A stretch of DNA of 64,000 nucleotides from Octopus bimaculoides (lineage: Eukaryota): the NCBI RefSeq assembly GCF_001194135.2, contig NC_068982.1:5343858-5407857 (forward strand), read 5' to 3'. Both the position numbers and the translations under genes were made by a program. Below the pieces are notes generated by a model, which worked only from the letters and a program-made list of their open reading frames with translations, was not told where the DNA came from and did no database searches. The stretch's first letter is position 1; every line of letters starts with the position of its first letter. Below, piece by piece: positions 49,691 through 61,226 of this stretch.

Positions 49691-50115
49691 CAGTTCTATC
49701 TTTAAGAGATGAGGAATTATTTACATTATTTAGATTTGACGGATATTTGTCCTCATCTTTGTTGTTAACACAATGTTTCGGCTGATATACCCTCCAGCCT
49801 TCATCAGGTGTCTTGGGGGAATTTCGAATCTGGGTTCTCATTCCTAAGGTATTTTTCGATGTTATTATTATTATTATTATTATTCAGGTCACTACCTGGA
49901 ATCGAACTCGGAATCTTGGGGTTAGTAGTCCGCGCTCTTAACCACTATGCTATATGCCCGTGGGCATAATAATAATAACATCGAAAAATACCTTAAGAAT
50001 GAGAACCCAGGTTCGAAATTTCCCCAAGACACCTGATGAAGACTGGAGGATATATCAGCCGAAACGTGTTAACAACAAACAAGATGAGGACAAATATCTG
50101 TCAAATGTAAATAAT
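49691..50115. mobile_element. Palindromic tRNA-head/hammerhead element, copy 4
   Basis: Full tRNA head on - (49885-49959). Flanks CAGTTTATATAT (49677-49688) and CAGTCTATAGAT (50117-50128), 10/12. Lies ~100 nt upstream of a CLC acceptor site. Confidence 0.85.
49767..49812 (-). ncRNA. Minimal hammerhead motif, long form with a G-to-A change in stem III
   Basis: GACAC-CTGATGA-A-GGCTG(loop)CAGCC-GAAAC-ATT-GTGTT. Confidence 0.5.
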
Positions 50116-50354
50116 GCAGTCTATAGATATTTCAAACTCTTCTAGATAGGCAAGGATGGAGAGACATTCTTTTACTTGTTTCTATCAATGGACAGTAGCC
50201 CTGGGAGGCTTTAATCAATTACATCAAAGTAAATTATGCTGCAGTCTAGAATGGATCTTATCAATCTTGATTGATGATCGGCTAAGTTACATGGCAGAGA
50301 CAAAGAGCATTGTTTTTCCAATAGAATCAAACAGATAGGTGGACACTTACAAAT

Positions 50355-50830
50355 ATCATCATCATCGTTTAACGTCTGTTTTCCATGCTGGCATGGGTTG
50401 GACGGTTTGACTGAGGACTGGCAAGTCAGGCGGCTTCACCAGGCTCCAATCTGATCTGGCAAGGTTTCTACAGCTGGATCCCCTTCCTAACACCACCCAC
50501 TCCGAGAGTGTAGCAGGCGCTTCTTATGTACCACCAGTATGGGGACCAGTCAGGCAGCACTAATATCAACCACACTCAAATGGTGCTTTTTAGGTGCCAC
50601 TGGTATGGGAGCCAGTCTGGCAGCACTGGCATCAGCCATGACTAGGATGCCAGTGCCGCATCAATTTAAAATATCCCAACTGATAGATGAGTGTTGAAGT
50701 ATTCAAGCACCCACTACACTCCAAAAGTGTAGTGGGTGCTTTTTATGTGCCACTGACATGGGAGCCAGTCAGGCAGCACTGGTATCAGCCACATTCGGAT
50801 GGCGCTTTTTACGTACTACCGGGGATGGGG
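50355..50830 (-). mobile_element. RTE 3' tail with UTR subrepeats
   Basis: Tail signature and repeated GGGAGCCAGTC-GGCAGCACTGG units. Confidence 0.8.
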
Positions 50831-51067
50831 TGGGGGACTGGCACCACACACATGCATGAAGAGTGAGCACCTGCACAGCTTTTGTTTACCAATTGCACTG
50901 ACAAAGAATTTGTTTGCTTGAAGCTACAATAGAAGGGACTTGCCCAAGATGTCACACAGGAGATTGAACCAGAAACCATTTGTACGGTAAATGAACTTCT
51001 GATCCACACCAGTGAGGATCTCTCATCAGAGGGGAGAAAGGTAAAATCTTCTAGCTTTCATTTTCTT

Positions 51068-51410
51068 TTATTTTTTTCAATCATTAGACTGCGGCCATGC
51101 TGGGGCACCACCTGGAAGGATTTTAGTCAAATGAATCGACCCCAAGACATTTTGTTAAGCCTGGTACTCGTTCTTTCGATCTCTTTTGCTGAACTGCTAA
51201 GTTACAGGGACATAAACACACTAACACCAGTTGTCAAGCGGTGGTGGGGAACAAACACATACATTCATGCCCACACATGGTGGGCTTCTTACAGTTTCCA
51301 TTGATCAAATCCACTCATAAGGCTTTGGCCAGACCAAGACTATATTAGAAGACATTTGTCCAAGGTACCGTGTAGTGGAACTGAACCCAAAACCATGTGA
51401 TTGGGAAGTA
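51068..51410 (-). mobile_element. SINE family A
   Basis: Pattern match to 46681-47090. Confidence 0.75.
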
Positions 51411-51412
51411 AA

Positions 51413-52165
51413 TCATCATCATCATCGTTAAACGTCCGCTTTCCATGCTAGCATGGGTTGGACGATTTGACTGAGGACTGGTGAAACCGGATGGCAACAC
51501 CAGCCTCCAATCTGATTTGGCAGAGTTTCTACAGCTGGATGCCCTTCCTAACGCCAACAACTCAGAGAGTGTAGTGGATGCTTTTATGTGTCACCCGCAC
51601 GAAGGCCAGTCAGGCGGTACTGGCAACGGCCACGCTCAAAATGGTGTATTTTATGTGCCACCCGCACAAGAGCCAGTCCAGGGGCACTGGCAACGATCTC
51701 GAAAATCCTTACACATGTCACGGGCACAAGTGCCAGAAAGGCNNNNNNNNNNCCCGCACAAGAGCCAGTCCAGGGGCACTGGCAACCATCTCACTCGAAA
51801 ATCTTATGAAGGCCAGTCAGGCGGTGCTGGCAACGGCCACGCTCAAAATGGTGTATTTTATGTGCCACCCGCACAAGAGCCAGTCCAGGGGCACTGGCAA
51901 CGATCTCGAAAATCCTTACACATGTCACGGGCACAAGTGCCAGAAAGGCGATGCTGGGTACAGGTGCCATCCCTATTTCGCTTGCCCCAATAAGTCTTCG
52001 CAAGCTGAGTTCCGTGTCCAATGAAGGAGACGACGTTGGCACGGGTGCCAGTCGTTGAATTTAGTTTGATTTCACTTGCCTCAACAGGTCTTCGCAAGCA
52101 GAATTTAGTGTCCAATGTAGGAAATGTACGCATGAGTGGGCTGGCTACACCCCTGGCAGAGGCCT
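51413..52165 (-). mobile_element. RTE 3'UTR/tail, low divergence (contains a 10-N gap at 51743-51752 with a duplicated flank)
   Basis: Nearly identical to 1265-1506 and to the reverse complement of 23040-23560. Confidence 0.88.
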
Positions 52166-52461
52166 TGGATTTAATCAATGAAAATCCAGCTGCAACACAA
52201 ATAACTGGAAAAATGCAATTTCGGAGCAAACTAATTGTAAAATTTCTTAGTTTTTTTAAAAAAATATTTAACTATTTGGTAAGGAAGAAGTGGTCAGTGA
52301 TGATGACCCTGTGGGAGCAATCTGGTGGATGTTTCTTTTAAACAGTTGGAATTGATAGCTACAGATAAAAGATGGTCAATGATAGGGGTCAAGGGGGTTG
52401 ACATTAAGGGTGGAGGGCAGAGATAAGACAAGCATAGAAATAGCAGTGATTGGAATTTTAC

Positions 52462-52551
52462 CTTCATTTTTAAAAGAACCAATAATTGTGTGCGCAGGAT
52501 CATTCCTTGGTAAGTGCCAAAGGTATTTGATTCGTCTGGGTTCCTCATATG
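52462..52551 (-). CDS. CLCN7: CLC-7-like exon (CBS1 end)
   Basis: atgttgtag|HMRNPDESNTFGTYQGMILRTQLLVLLKMK|gtaaaa. Confidence 0.95.
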
Positions 52552-53179
52552 CTACAACATTGGAAATATGGCATACACATCAGACAAAATTACAAAAACC
52601 ACAACGAACAATTAGACAAACAGACTGAAAGGGAATAAAATAATATGGCCGTCATAAAAAAAAAAAAAACATCTCTAGTGTTTTTAACAAGTGGACGATA
52701 GTTATGTTGTGCCTTGGGAGGGTCATAATTCCAATAATAGTAACATATGCACTAGTTCAATACCACTTCTTTATTGTTAGTCAGTTGGTTAAATATTTGA
52801 CCAACTAATTAATCAATTGTTTGTTAATATGCTGATTAAACAATTGATCGGTCAGCAGACTTTGAAGAGAGAGAGCAAGTCTCTATTTAAACCAATATAT
52901 TTAATGCTTATACAATAACAAGTGTAACAACACAAATAATAAAGCCAATTTGTTAAGCAATTAGATTAAGAACCACACAGATTATCACTATCATCATTTA
53001 ATGTCCGTTTTCCACGTCGGCATGGTTACAGCTCCCTTTTCTAGATTCACAACACTTTTATGATTAGTTTTGATAAAAATCTTCTGTTCAATTGGTAAGG
53101 ACCTTAAGCATTTAGCTAGTGTTAGTATATTTTTAATTAAGTCTGTTTAGAAATGTAATCACAGTATCACAAATCAACC

Positions 53180-53600
53180 AGACCACCAGATGCTGTTATA
53201 CACCACTGATTACAATGCACTTCCAATTCTCTCTTGATTGCACCATTCTTTCCATCTTGACCCAATTTAAATCATCTTCCTATCATCATGGAGGCCTTTT
53301 GAGTGGTGTTTTTCTGTTCTCCTGGATATCACTCAGTAACTACACAGGTCCACCTGAAGTCTGTGGATCCTTGCAACATGTCCGGCCCAGAAGAACTTGT
53401 GCTTTCAGGACTCTGCAATCACATCATCCACTCCACTCTGTTCTGTTCTTGAATTACCTTATTCTGAATGTGCTCGTGGGGATATTTTTAGCATGGATCT
53501 TTCACTGACCCTTTGCATCAGAGCCAATCAATGTTCTATCCTCTTCATAGCAGCCCACATCTCACTTGCGTATAAGAATGCATGCAGGGCTGCGATATTT
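53180..53600 (-). mobile_element. RTE-like LINE C-terminal fragment (a second RTE family)
   Basis: ASEMWAA...QRVSERSMLKIS...SGVDDVIAES*KHKFFWAGHVAR. Confidence 0.75.
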
Positions 53601-53729
53601 TGGTAAATTGAAAATGTAGTTAGTATCTTTAATTCTGTCAGATACACTAACTATTGGACTATAACCAGATTAGGAAGAAATATTTAAAGACTGTCACCTT
53701 TGGGAGGACACAAAAGACGGATTACTCAC

Positions 53730-53859
53730 CATAGGAGCATAGGGGTCATAGTCGTCCACAACAGGGAAACCATTGTGGCTCTCATGGAGGAGAACATCCA
53801 TCACTCGACCGACTTGCTCGACTCGTTGCAGCACTGTAACAGGATGACTCATCACTTCA
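53730..53859 (-). CDS. CLCN7: CLC-7-like exon (CBS1)
   Basis: cttttacag|T-EVMSHPVTVLQRVEQVGRVMDVLLHESHNGFPVVDDYDPYAPM|gtgagt. Confidence 0.96.
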
Positions 53860-54051
53860 CTGTAAAAGAAAACAAAATAAAAGCCTCAAAGATACTTCCT
53901 TGCAAGTACGGAGTCCTGGTTAGACAGCTTTTCAGGTGAGATACTTTTGGTGTTATGTAAATGGGAGATAAATATAAAAATGCCAACTCAGAACAAATAA
54001 CATACACCATCAGGACCATAACCATTTAATGTCTGTCTTCCATTTTGGTAT

Positions 54052-54321
54052 GAGGGGGTCCCAACCTTATTTTGCTTGTGGACCCCCTAGGAGCTATCTT
54101 ATCTGTAGACCCCATATATGCACATGTAAATTTTTGAAACAAACTATTTGTTTGTAGGTTAATAAAAACTAACAATGAAACAATTTCGTTATATTCCAAA
54201 TACAAATCCTGAACATTTCAATAAATACAAGTAAACAAAATTTATATCTGGACCCACAAATTACAATTTTTTACTCGTGGACACCCTGAGGGTCCATGTA
54301 AACCCCAGTCGGGAACCCCTG
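54052..54321. mobile_element. hAT-like MITE inserted into an RTE tail (54015-54470)
   Basis: TIRs GAGGGGGTCCCAAC / GTCGGGAACCCCTG; the RTE tail resumes on both sides. Confidence 0.65.
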
Positions 54322-54784
54322 GGTTAGATGGTTCAACGGGAACTGATAAGCCAGAGAGCTGCACCAGGCTCCAGTCATCTGTTTTGGCTTGGTTGCTATG
54401 GCTTGATTCCCTTCCTAATGCCAACCACTTCACAGAGGGAACTGGGTGCTTCTTATGTGGCACTGGTAGGTTTTACAGGAGTAATATAATTTGCATCGAC
54501 CAAGTTTGATGAGTTGATTGCCTAAGTAAGGTGTCAGTTGAATGAAAAGCAAAGTCTTTAATGGGATTTGAACTCAGAACGAAACAAAACGAAATAAAGT
54601 TAGGAAGCAATAAGTCTAAAACTGTTCTGACTCACTTCTCCCTCCTCAAACACTTTTGTTTATAATATTCATAAATATTGATTATAAAGTTTAAGGACAC
54701 ACTACTACTTAATGCAGCATATGAGAGAGAGAGAGAGAGAGAGAATTAAGGGAAAGAGCAAGCCTGCCATTATATTTAACTTAC

Positions 54785-54870
54785 TTGGCATTCAATGAAG
54801 ATGCAAGATCAGATGGCTGCCATCCAAGCAATGGAACTCCTCCAAGATGTATGTGAATATCATAGATACC
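54785..54870 (-). CDS. CLCN7: CLC-7-like exon (helix R with the central Tyr)
   Basis: cctgcacag|GIYDIHIHLGGVPLLGWQPSDLASSLNA-AA|gtaagt. Confidence 0.96.
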
Positions 54871-55284
54871 CTGTGCAGGAAAAAGAAGAGAAACAAAATG
54901 AAAGAAATAAATATAGATGAAAAAAAAAAATTAAATAAACAATAGCATTCCAAATAAATTTAGAATATTATTCCAGCAGAAAATTAAATTAAATAACATT
55001 TTCCAGAAACAAGAGTAACATCACTTTTATGGTTTTCCATCATGTTTTCAACAATTTATAAGAATTTCTACTTCACCACCCAGTACCCTGCCATGTTCCT
55101 CAGGTATCTGCACCACGGTCTTTTGACAATGGTAAAGAATAGCATTTATATACTTCATCAGTTTGATGTGTAAAGTGTTTACAATTTGAATTGTGTCAGT
55201 GTTTTTTTTTTTTGTGTTGTTTGCATTTTGTGTGAAGTGTTGGAGGGTGATGGTGTTGTCCAAGCATCTACTCTATGAATTGTG

Positions 55285-55810
55285 TTCATCATTTAACGTC
55301 TGTTTTCCATGCTGGCATGGGTTGGATGGTTTGACAGAAGCTGGTAAGGCCAGGGACTGCACCAGGTTCCATCGTCTGTTTTGGCATGGTTTCTACAGCT
55401 GGATGCCCTTCCTGATGCCTACCACTCCAAGAGTGTAGTGGGTGTTTTTTTTATGTGGCACCAACACGGGTGTTTTTCATGTGCTTTTTACATGCACCAT
55501 CCCCAGCGCTTTTTATATGGCACCATCACCAGTGTGTTTCACACGGCACCATCATCAGTGTTTTTCCCGTGACTTTTTGGGTGCTAGTGGATGAAATGTG
55601 GTGGTGGGGAGTACGTTGATGGAGTAGAGTCTCTCATGGACAAGCACTACAAGGTGGTCTCGGGATATCAGTTCTGTTGTGGTGGGTCGGTCTTCTTCAA
55701 TTCAGCAATGTGCCAGATATCTCAGTCCTTTGTCATCTCCTTTGTAAAGGTTCAGTGTTTTAAGACTGGCCTTCAATACATCATCCTCTGTCTTCCTGCG
55801 TCCCTCTCTT
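55285..55810 (-). mobile_element. RTE 3' end, diverged
   Basis: Tail signature plus an ORF-end remnant at ~55700-55810. Confidence 0.7.
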
Positions 55811-56111
55811 CCAAATCTTCCTTCCAATTTAAGTGACTGGTGGTACTTTATGCAAATGCAGTTTACAGCAGTTGCATAAAATGTCTGCCTGAAAGTCACA
55901 GACAGGTGAGAACAACTTGCCCCAAATCCCATTCAGGAGAGATGGATATTGATATTTCAATTTTTGTGGCTTCTGAACATCACATCACATAAAACAAATC
56001 AGGGAGGATGTGAATCACCAGTCTATGACAAATAGTATAAGAACCATTTGCTAGTATGCCACAGTGATGCATATGTACGATTAGATTCAAATTATGAATA
56101 CATCAGGTGTG

Positions 56112-56480
56112 TCATCATCATCATTTAACATCTGTTGTCCATGCTGGCATGCGTTGGATGGTCTGACCAGAGCCGGCAAGCTGGAAGGCTGCAGTCTGGT
56201 TTAGCATGGTTTCTACAGCTAGATGCACTTCCTAACGCCAATCACTCCGAGAGTGTAATAGGTGCTTTTACGTGCCACCCGCACAGGTGCCATTTGCATG
56301 ACACCGGTATCTGTTATGACTGCAGTTTTACTTGGCTCAATGGGTCTTCTTCCCAAGCACAGCATAATGCCAAATGGACTCAGTCACTGCTTCTGTGAGG
56401 CCCAACGCTCGAAGCCCAGCATAATGCTAAATGGTCTTATCCTTACCTCTGTGAGGCCCAACGCTCAAAAGGTGCTTTTA
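56112..56480 (-). mobile_element. RTE 3' end
   Basis: (CAT)n-TTAACATCTGTTGTCCATGCTGGCATG signature. Confidence 0.75.
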
Positions 56481-56964
56481 CATGTCACCTTTTATGTGTG
56501 ATTGATAATGTTTACAACACTAGTGCTGCTGCCAATTGATAAGTCTGTGGCATACTAGCAAATAGGTTCTTTCACTATTTGTATACAGTCATGAACTAGC
56601 AATTCAGTTTGCACCTGACTTGCATGTGATTCAGGTATGTCATGTTAATAAGCTGCAAAAATGGCGAAATATCAATATCCATCGCTCCTGAATGGGATTA
56701 GGGATGAGTTGTCTCACCTGTCTATGACATTCGGGTGTTTTAACACCCACAGCTTTGAGGGAGTCATCCCCACTGTGCTATGCCGCAGTCTACGGGTGAA
56801 CAAGCTAAACACATACATTGGGTATGTGTGATTGATTAATATATATAAAAGAAAAAAAATCAACAAAACAAATGTCAAAAAACAAACTGCAAAAATTAGA
56901 GCCTCTGATTTACACTATTTGCCAAGTTTTATCGAATAGGAATGGGGGAAAGAAAAGCCCTTAC

Positions 56965-57092
56965 CTCATTAAAACAGTCTCCCACCCATTTTGCCATGAT
57001 GATAGTCAACATAATAGGGAGACCGTAAGAGATGTTGGCCGTGGCTTCAATTATGATGACAGTCAGACTTATAGTCATACGAACAACACCAC
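56965..57092 (-). CDS. CLCN7: CLC-7-like exon (helices P-Q)
   Basis: aaaaacag|[44 protein letters not shown]|gtaagg. Confidence 0.97.
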
Positions 57093-57946
57093 CTGTTTTT
57101 AATACAAAAGAAAGAAGATTCATTTTCAATAATTTTTTTTATCACCACTTTATTTTGCATTTTCCATGCTTGCATATAAAAGACCATCATCACCATTTAA
57201 TATCCATGTTTGCATGGGTTGGACAGTTTGACAAACACTGGCAAACTAGAAGGCTACTCCAGACTCCAGTCGTCTATTTTGGCATGGTGTTGATGGCTGG
57301 ATGCCATTCCTAATACCAACCATTTCACAGAGTGTACTGTGTGCTTTTTACATTTTATAATTTACAAGATGTTTTATTATAAAATAAATAACCATGTAAC
57401 ATTATTTTTTTTTGTTATAAAAAATTTAGTTGCTAAACACATTTTAAATCTACTTTGTTTACAGTATTAAACTCAGCCACTCATTGTAGTTCTAGTGTCA
57501 GATCTGTTGAGCTGAGCAGAGTGAAATGTCTAGGCTATGGGGATCCCACAAGGCCTAACTGGTTGGCTGTAAACCATGGACAGCCTCAATCAACTAGTTG
57601 CCATCCAATCAACCGATAACAGCAGTACTATCACTTTATATTAGAGTATCTCTTTATTCTTTTCTGCATGGCTGCAGTCGAATGACTGAAACCAGTAAAA
57701 GTAGAAAAGAATAAAAAGATACTCTAATATACCTGCTGTACATCTCCAGACTTTCTATTCCACATCCATTTTCTCATGTAGGTTTTCTTGGAGAGAATTT
57801 CGTAAATAGAACACTTGCTGTGCTTAGTCTTAATTTTAACTCACAAATGGATTGATTACCATTTTCTAATTACAACATATTAATACAAACAGAGTACAGA
57901 ATCTTTAACAATAACATGAAGCAGAATGGAAAGGACCGATTCTTAC

Positions 57947-57998
57947 CAAGCATAGCTGCAGCACCAATCAAAGCATATTTTCCTGGATCTGCAAGTTT
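57947..57998 (-). CDS. CLCN7: CLC-7-like exon (helix O)
   Basis: aaatttcag|KLADPGKYALIGAAAML-G|gtaaga. Confidence 0.97.
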
Positions 57999-58090
57999 CT
58001 GAAATTTAAAGAGAAAAGTCAATAATAGAAGTTTTTGAGTAAGCAGTGTTAAATTGATAATATGAAGTCTGTGGAGCAACAACTAGCTAA

Positions 58091-58147
58091 GCTGACAGGG
58101 ATCTGTCTTGCTGACAGGGACCTGTCTTGCTGACAGGGATCTGTCTT
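58091..58147. repeat. 19 bp tandem repeat x3
   Basis: GCTGACAGGGA(T/C)CTGTCTT x3. Confidence 0.95.
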
Positions 58148-58204
58148 GTTGGTCATGGGGGCAGGGGTTATATCTTATTATTGATATCAAGTCAATGAAA
58201 TATG

Positions 58205-58560
58205 CTGTGATTGAGAAGACCCGACAACTAAAGTGAGATCGCAGCCACATATGTCTGGCCCTGATGCATTGGGCGATATGATATGCTAGAGAAGACCTGT
58301 TGAGTCAAGTAAAATCAATATCGTAGCTGTGGCCAGTACCTCCCATGCCGGTGGCACATAAAAAAGCACCATCCGAATGTAGCCAATTCCAGTACCCACT
58401 GACTGGCCCCTGTGCCAGTGGCATGTAAAAAGCACCATCCGAACGTGATCGATGCCAGGCCTGCCTGACCGGTTCCTGAGCTGGTGGAATGTAAAAAGCA
58501 CCATCCAAATGTGGCCGATGCCAGTACCCACTGACTGGCTCTTATAGTAAAAAGGTGTGA
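58205..58560 (+). mobile_element. RTE ORF end plus UTR subrepeats
   Basis: YAVIEKTRQLK* then repeated AAAAGCACCATCCGAA units. Confidence 0.75.
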
Positions 58561-58827
58561 AAACACCCAGTTCGTCCAGTGTCACCATCTATTAAAAATC
58601 TCAGACATTGAGTTTTTTGACTTGTCAGTGAGATGTACCTAAGAGAGGCAACTCTGAATGAACTTAATAAAACTATATTACCATAAGAGATATTTTTCTC
58701 TCCACAGTAACTGCAGTGTATTTGCCTTTTAGCAGTTGAAATATGTGACAAACATATTTCAACGAACCTAAAATATACATTATATATATATATATATATA
58801 TATACATACACACACACACACACACAC

Positions 58828-58990
58828 GATAGGCTTCTTTCAGTTTCTGTCTACTAAATCCACTCACAAGGCTTTGGTCGGCCCGAGGCTACAGCAGAAG
58901 AAACTTGCCCAAGGTGCCACGCAGTGGGACTGAACTGGGAACCATGTGGTTGGTAAGCAAGCTACTTACCACACAACCACTCCAGCACCT
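58828..58990 (-). mobile_element. SINE family A, 5' half
   Basis: Pattern match to 46681-47090. Confidence 0.8.
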
Positions 58991-59922
58991 ATAGTTAATT
59001 TGAAATATTTCACTTACAAATCAGACATAAAAATAATATCAATAGTAATTCAGAATCAGTTATTTTCCCATTTTTTTACATTTTCTAACTGGTGTATCCA
59101 TGTATCTACCCTACAGCAGAACATCTATCTGTCCCCTCTATACCTTAAACCTTTCAAATGGCATAAAGCTCCCCCCACCAATACTACTCACCATTTGAAG
59201 GGTTTTTGTCTTTGAAGATATTTGGTGACCCTGTTGATGCTGGTGTCACATAAAAAGCACCCAGTACACTCTGTAAAGTGGTTGGCATTGGGAAGGACAT
59301 CCAGCTGTAGAAACAATCCCAAAACAAATAGTGGAACCTTGAGTGGCTCTTGGCCTTGCAGGCTCCATGTGAAAGCATCCAACCCAGGCCAGAATGGAAA
59401 GTGGACATTAAAATAATGCTGTTGCTGATAATGATAACATTTATTCTTAAATGTTTCTGTTTTTAGCATACCTAACTATTCACTAAATGCCATTTCTTGT
59501 TAGATACTCTCTGTTTCTTTCAATTAATTTTAAATATAATAAAGAATTTAGTAAAATAACTTAGTTATCATTAAACTAGTATTAGGAACATAAATTGTGA
59601 CTAAGGTTTGGTGGAAAATTTTGATTCAAAACTAATGAAAACAAGATATTTGTATTACAGAGTCAGAGGTGGTTTCAGTCGGGTAAATGAATACCAGTTG
59701 AACACTGAAGGGATCAATGTAATTAACTTATCCCCTCTCCCAAAATTGCTGGCCTTGTGCCAAAATCTGAAATAAATATTTCTGAGTGAAATTAATATTT
59801 TCTCTCTTATTAGCTAAAACAAAACTTTTTTTTTCAATATCAAACAAAACAAAATATTTAATTTAATTTAATTAATATAAATAAAGACACAATATTAAGA
59901 AATTTTGTATTGCACTACATAC

Positions 59923-60092
59923 CATATCTGGGAAAACATATCGCATGAAAAGGCCAACAAGCCTTCCCCAAGCTCCACCAATTAGGAAACAGGGAATGAA
60001 CAGACCACTTGGGATAAGAAGACCATACGTCCACAATGACATTATGAAGTAACATAGACATATAAAGAGTAAAGTTTCCCTTTTGAAAGATG
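59923..60092 (-). CDS. CLCN7: CLC-7-like exon (helices M-N, GxFxP motif)
   Basis: ttcattgcag|CA-SFKRETLLFICLCYFIMSLWTYGLLIPSGLFIPCFLIGGAWGRLVGLFMRYVFPDM|gtatgt. Confidence 0.97.
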
Positions 60093-60762
60093 CTGCAATG
60101 AAAAACAAAGAACATGGTTTCAGTTAATCCTTCAGCAATCAGATTCCTCTCTGATGCACTTGTATATCTGTCAGTAGAATGGGTCACATCATTCAAAATG
60201 TATAGAATTAAATATCCATCACAGCTGGTCTTACCAATTGATTTTGCATGAAGAATACAGTGGCTAACTCTGATGAGCATAAAGTTATATAATCAGTTTC
60301 TTACCTAACACTCCATTGTATTCTTTATGCGAAACCAATTGGTAAGACCAGCCGTGATGGATATCTAATACTATACATTTCGGATAACACACACACACAC
60401 ACACACAGATTACAGGCTTCTTTCAGTCTCCATCTACCAAATCCACCCACAAGACTTTGGTCAGCCTAAGGCTTTAGTAGAAGACACTTAGCCAAGGTAC
60501 CACTGAAGAAGATGGAACAGGAGACCACAAGGTTGGAATAATAATTTCCCCAAAATTGGTAGGGAGGGACTGGTCCATTAAATCTACCTAAGCCCTTTAT
60601 TTTGTTGACCCTGGAAGAATGAAAGACAAAGTCGACCAGAGCACAATTTGAATAGAGCACATAAAGAGCTGGAGCAAATATACATGCACACACATACATC
60701 TATATACATACGCATAAATACATGTATGCGTAATACAATGTATTTATGTGTATATGTGTATG

Positions 60763-60794
<32 letters not shown>

Positions 60795-61132
60795 GATACT
60801 TTATACATACATTTATTCATATATATATATACATAAATACGTTATACATACATTTATTCACATATATATATACATAAATATGTTATACATACATTTATTC
60901 ATACACACAGACACCTTTAAAAGCATGGGGTTTTACTGGCTAGTGTGACGTGTGTGATTAGAAATAACCTGGGACTTAAACAGCAAATCCACTAGTACGA
61001 GACTGATAGAGACGAACACTTTAAAAACACTTTCATACAGATGATAAATATAATTGCCCATGGGAGCAGACACTTTAAACACACAAGAATGTTGTCCTCA
61101 GTCACACTTTAACAATCCCATTAAGTACTTAC

Positions 61133-61226
61133 TAGTCTCTTCATGAAATAAACTCTTCACCATTTCTTCTGGTGTCTGAAGTATAATGGTAGCTGTGGAA
61201 CTGTATTCACCATCTGCACAATAAAA
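61133..61226 (-). CDS. CLCN7: CLC-7-like exon (luminal loop/helix L), first exon visible in the window
   Basis: ttcttgtag|FYCADGEYSSTATIILQTPEEMVKSLFHEET-A|gtaagt; compare human [30 protein letters not shown]. Confidence 0.92.

Larger units (their letters stand above)
30023..61226 (-). other. CLCN7: Span of the partial CLC-7-like gene in this window (11 exons)
   Basis: All ten introns are GT-AG, phases match, and the 1059 nt spliced CDS is stop-free. DPGKYALIGAAA, FRALGLRH and TRKDLAR favour CLC-7 over CLC-6. Confidence 0.9.

Noticed and set aside
49921-49927. Perfect TACTAAC branch-point motif on the CLC sense strand
   Set aside because: It is just the anticodon-loop-like part of the element's head and lies ~330 nt from the acceptor, too far for a canonical branch point
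51481-52024. 170 aa and 148 aa ORFs
   Set aside because: Antisense read-through of an RTE 3'UTR, lengthened by a gap and an artefactual duplication
55048-55263. ORF with LHIKLMKY resembling CLC helix R
   Set aside because: The real helix-R exon (GIYDIHIHL) is at 54785-54870 with correct splice sites and phase
58290-58545. Regularly spaced repeats with variable linkers resembling a CRISPR array
   Set aside because: They are tandem subrepeats of the RTE 3'UTR; the linkers are homologous to each other, the context is eukaryotic and there are no cas genes
61213-61216. Alternative acceptor gtgcag|ATGGT for the first visible CLC exon
   Set aside because: The upstream acceptor at 61227 restores the conserved FYCADGEY in phase 0
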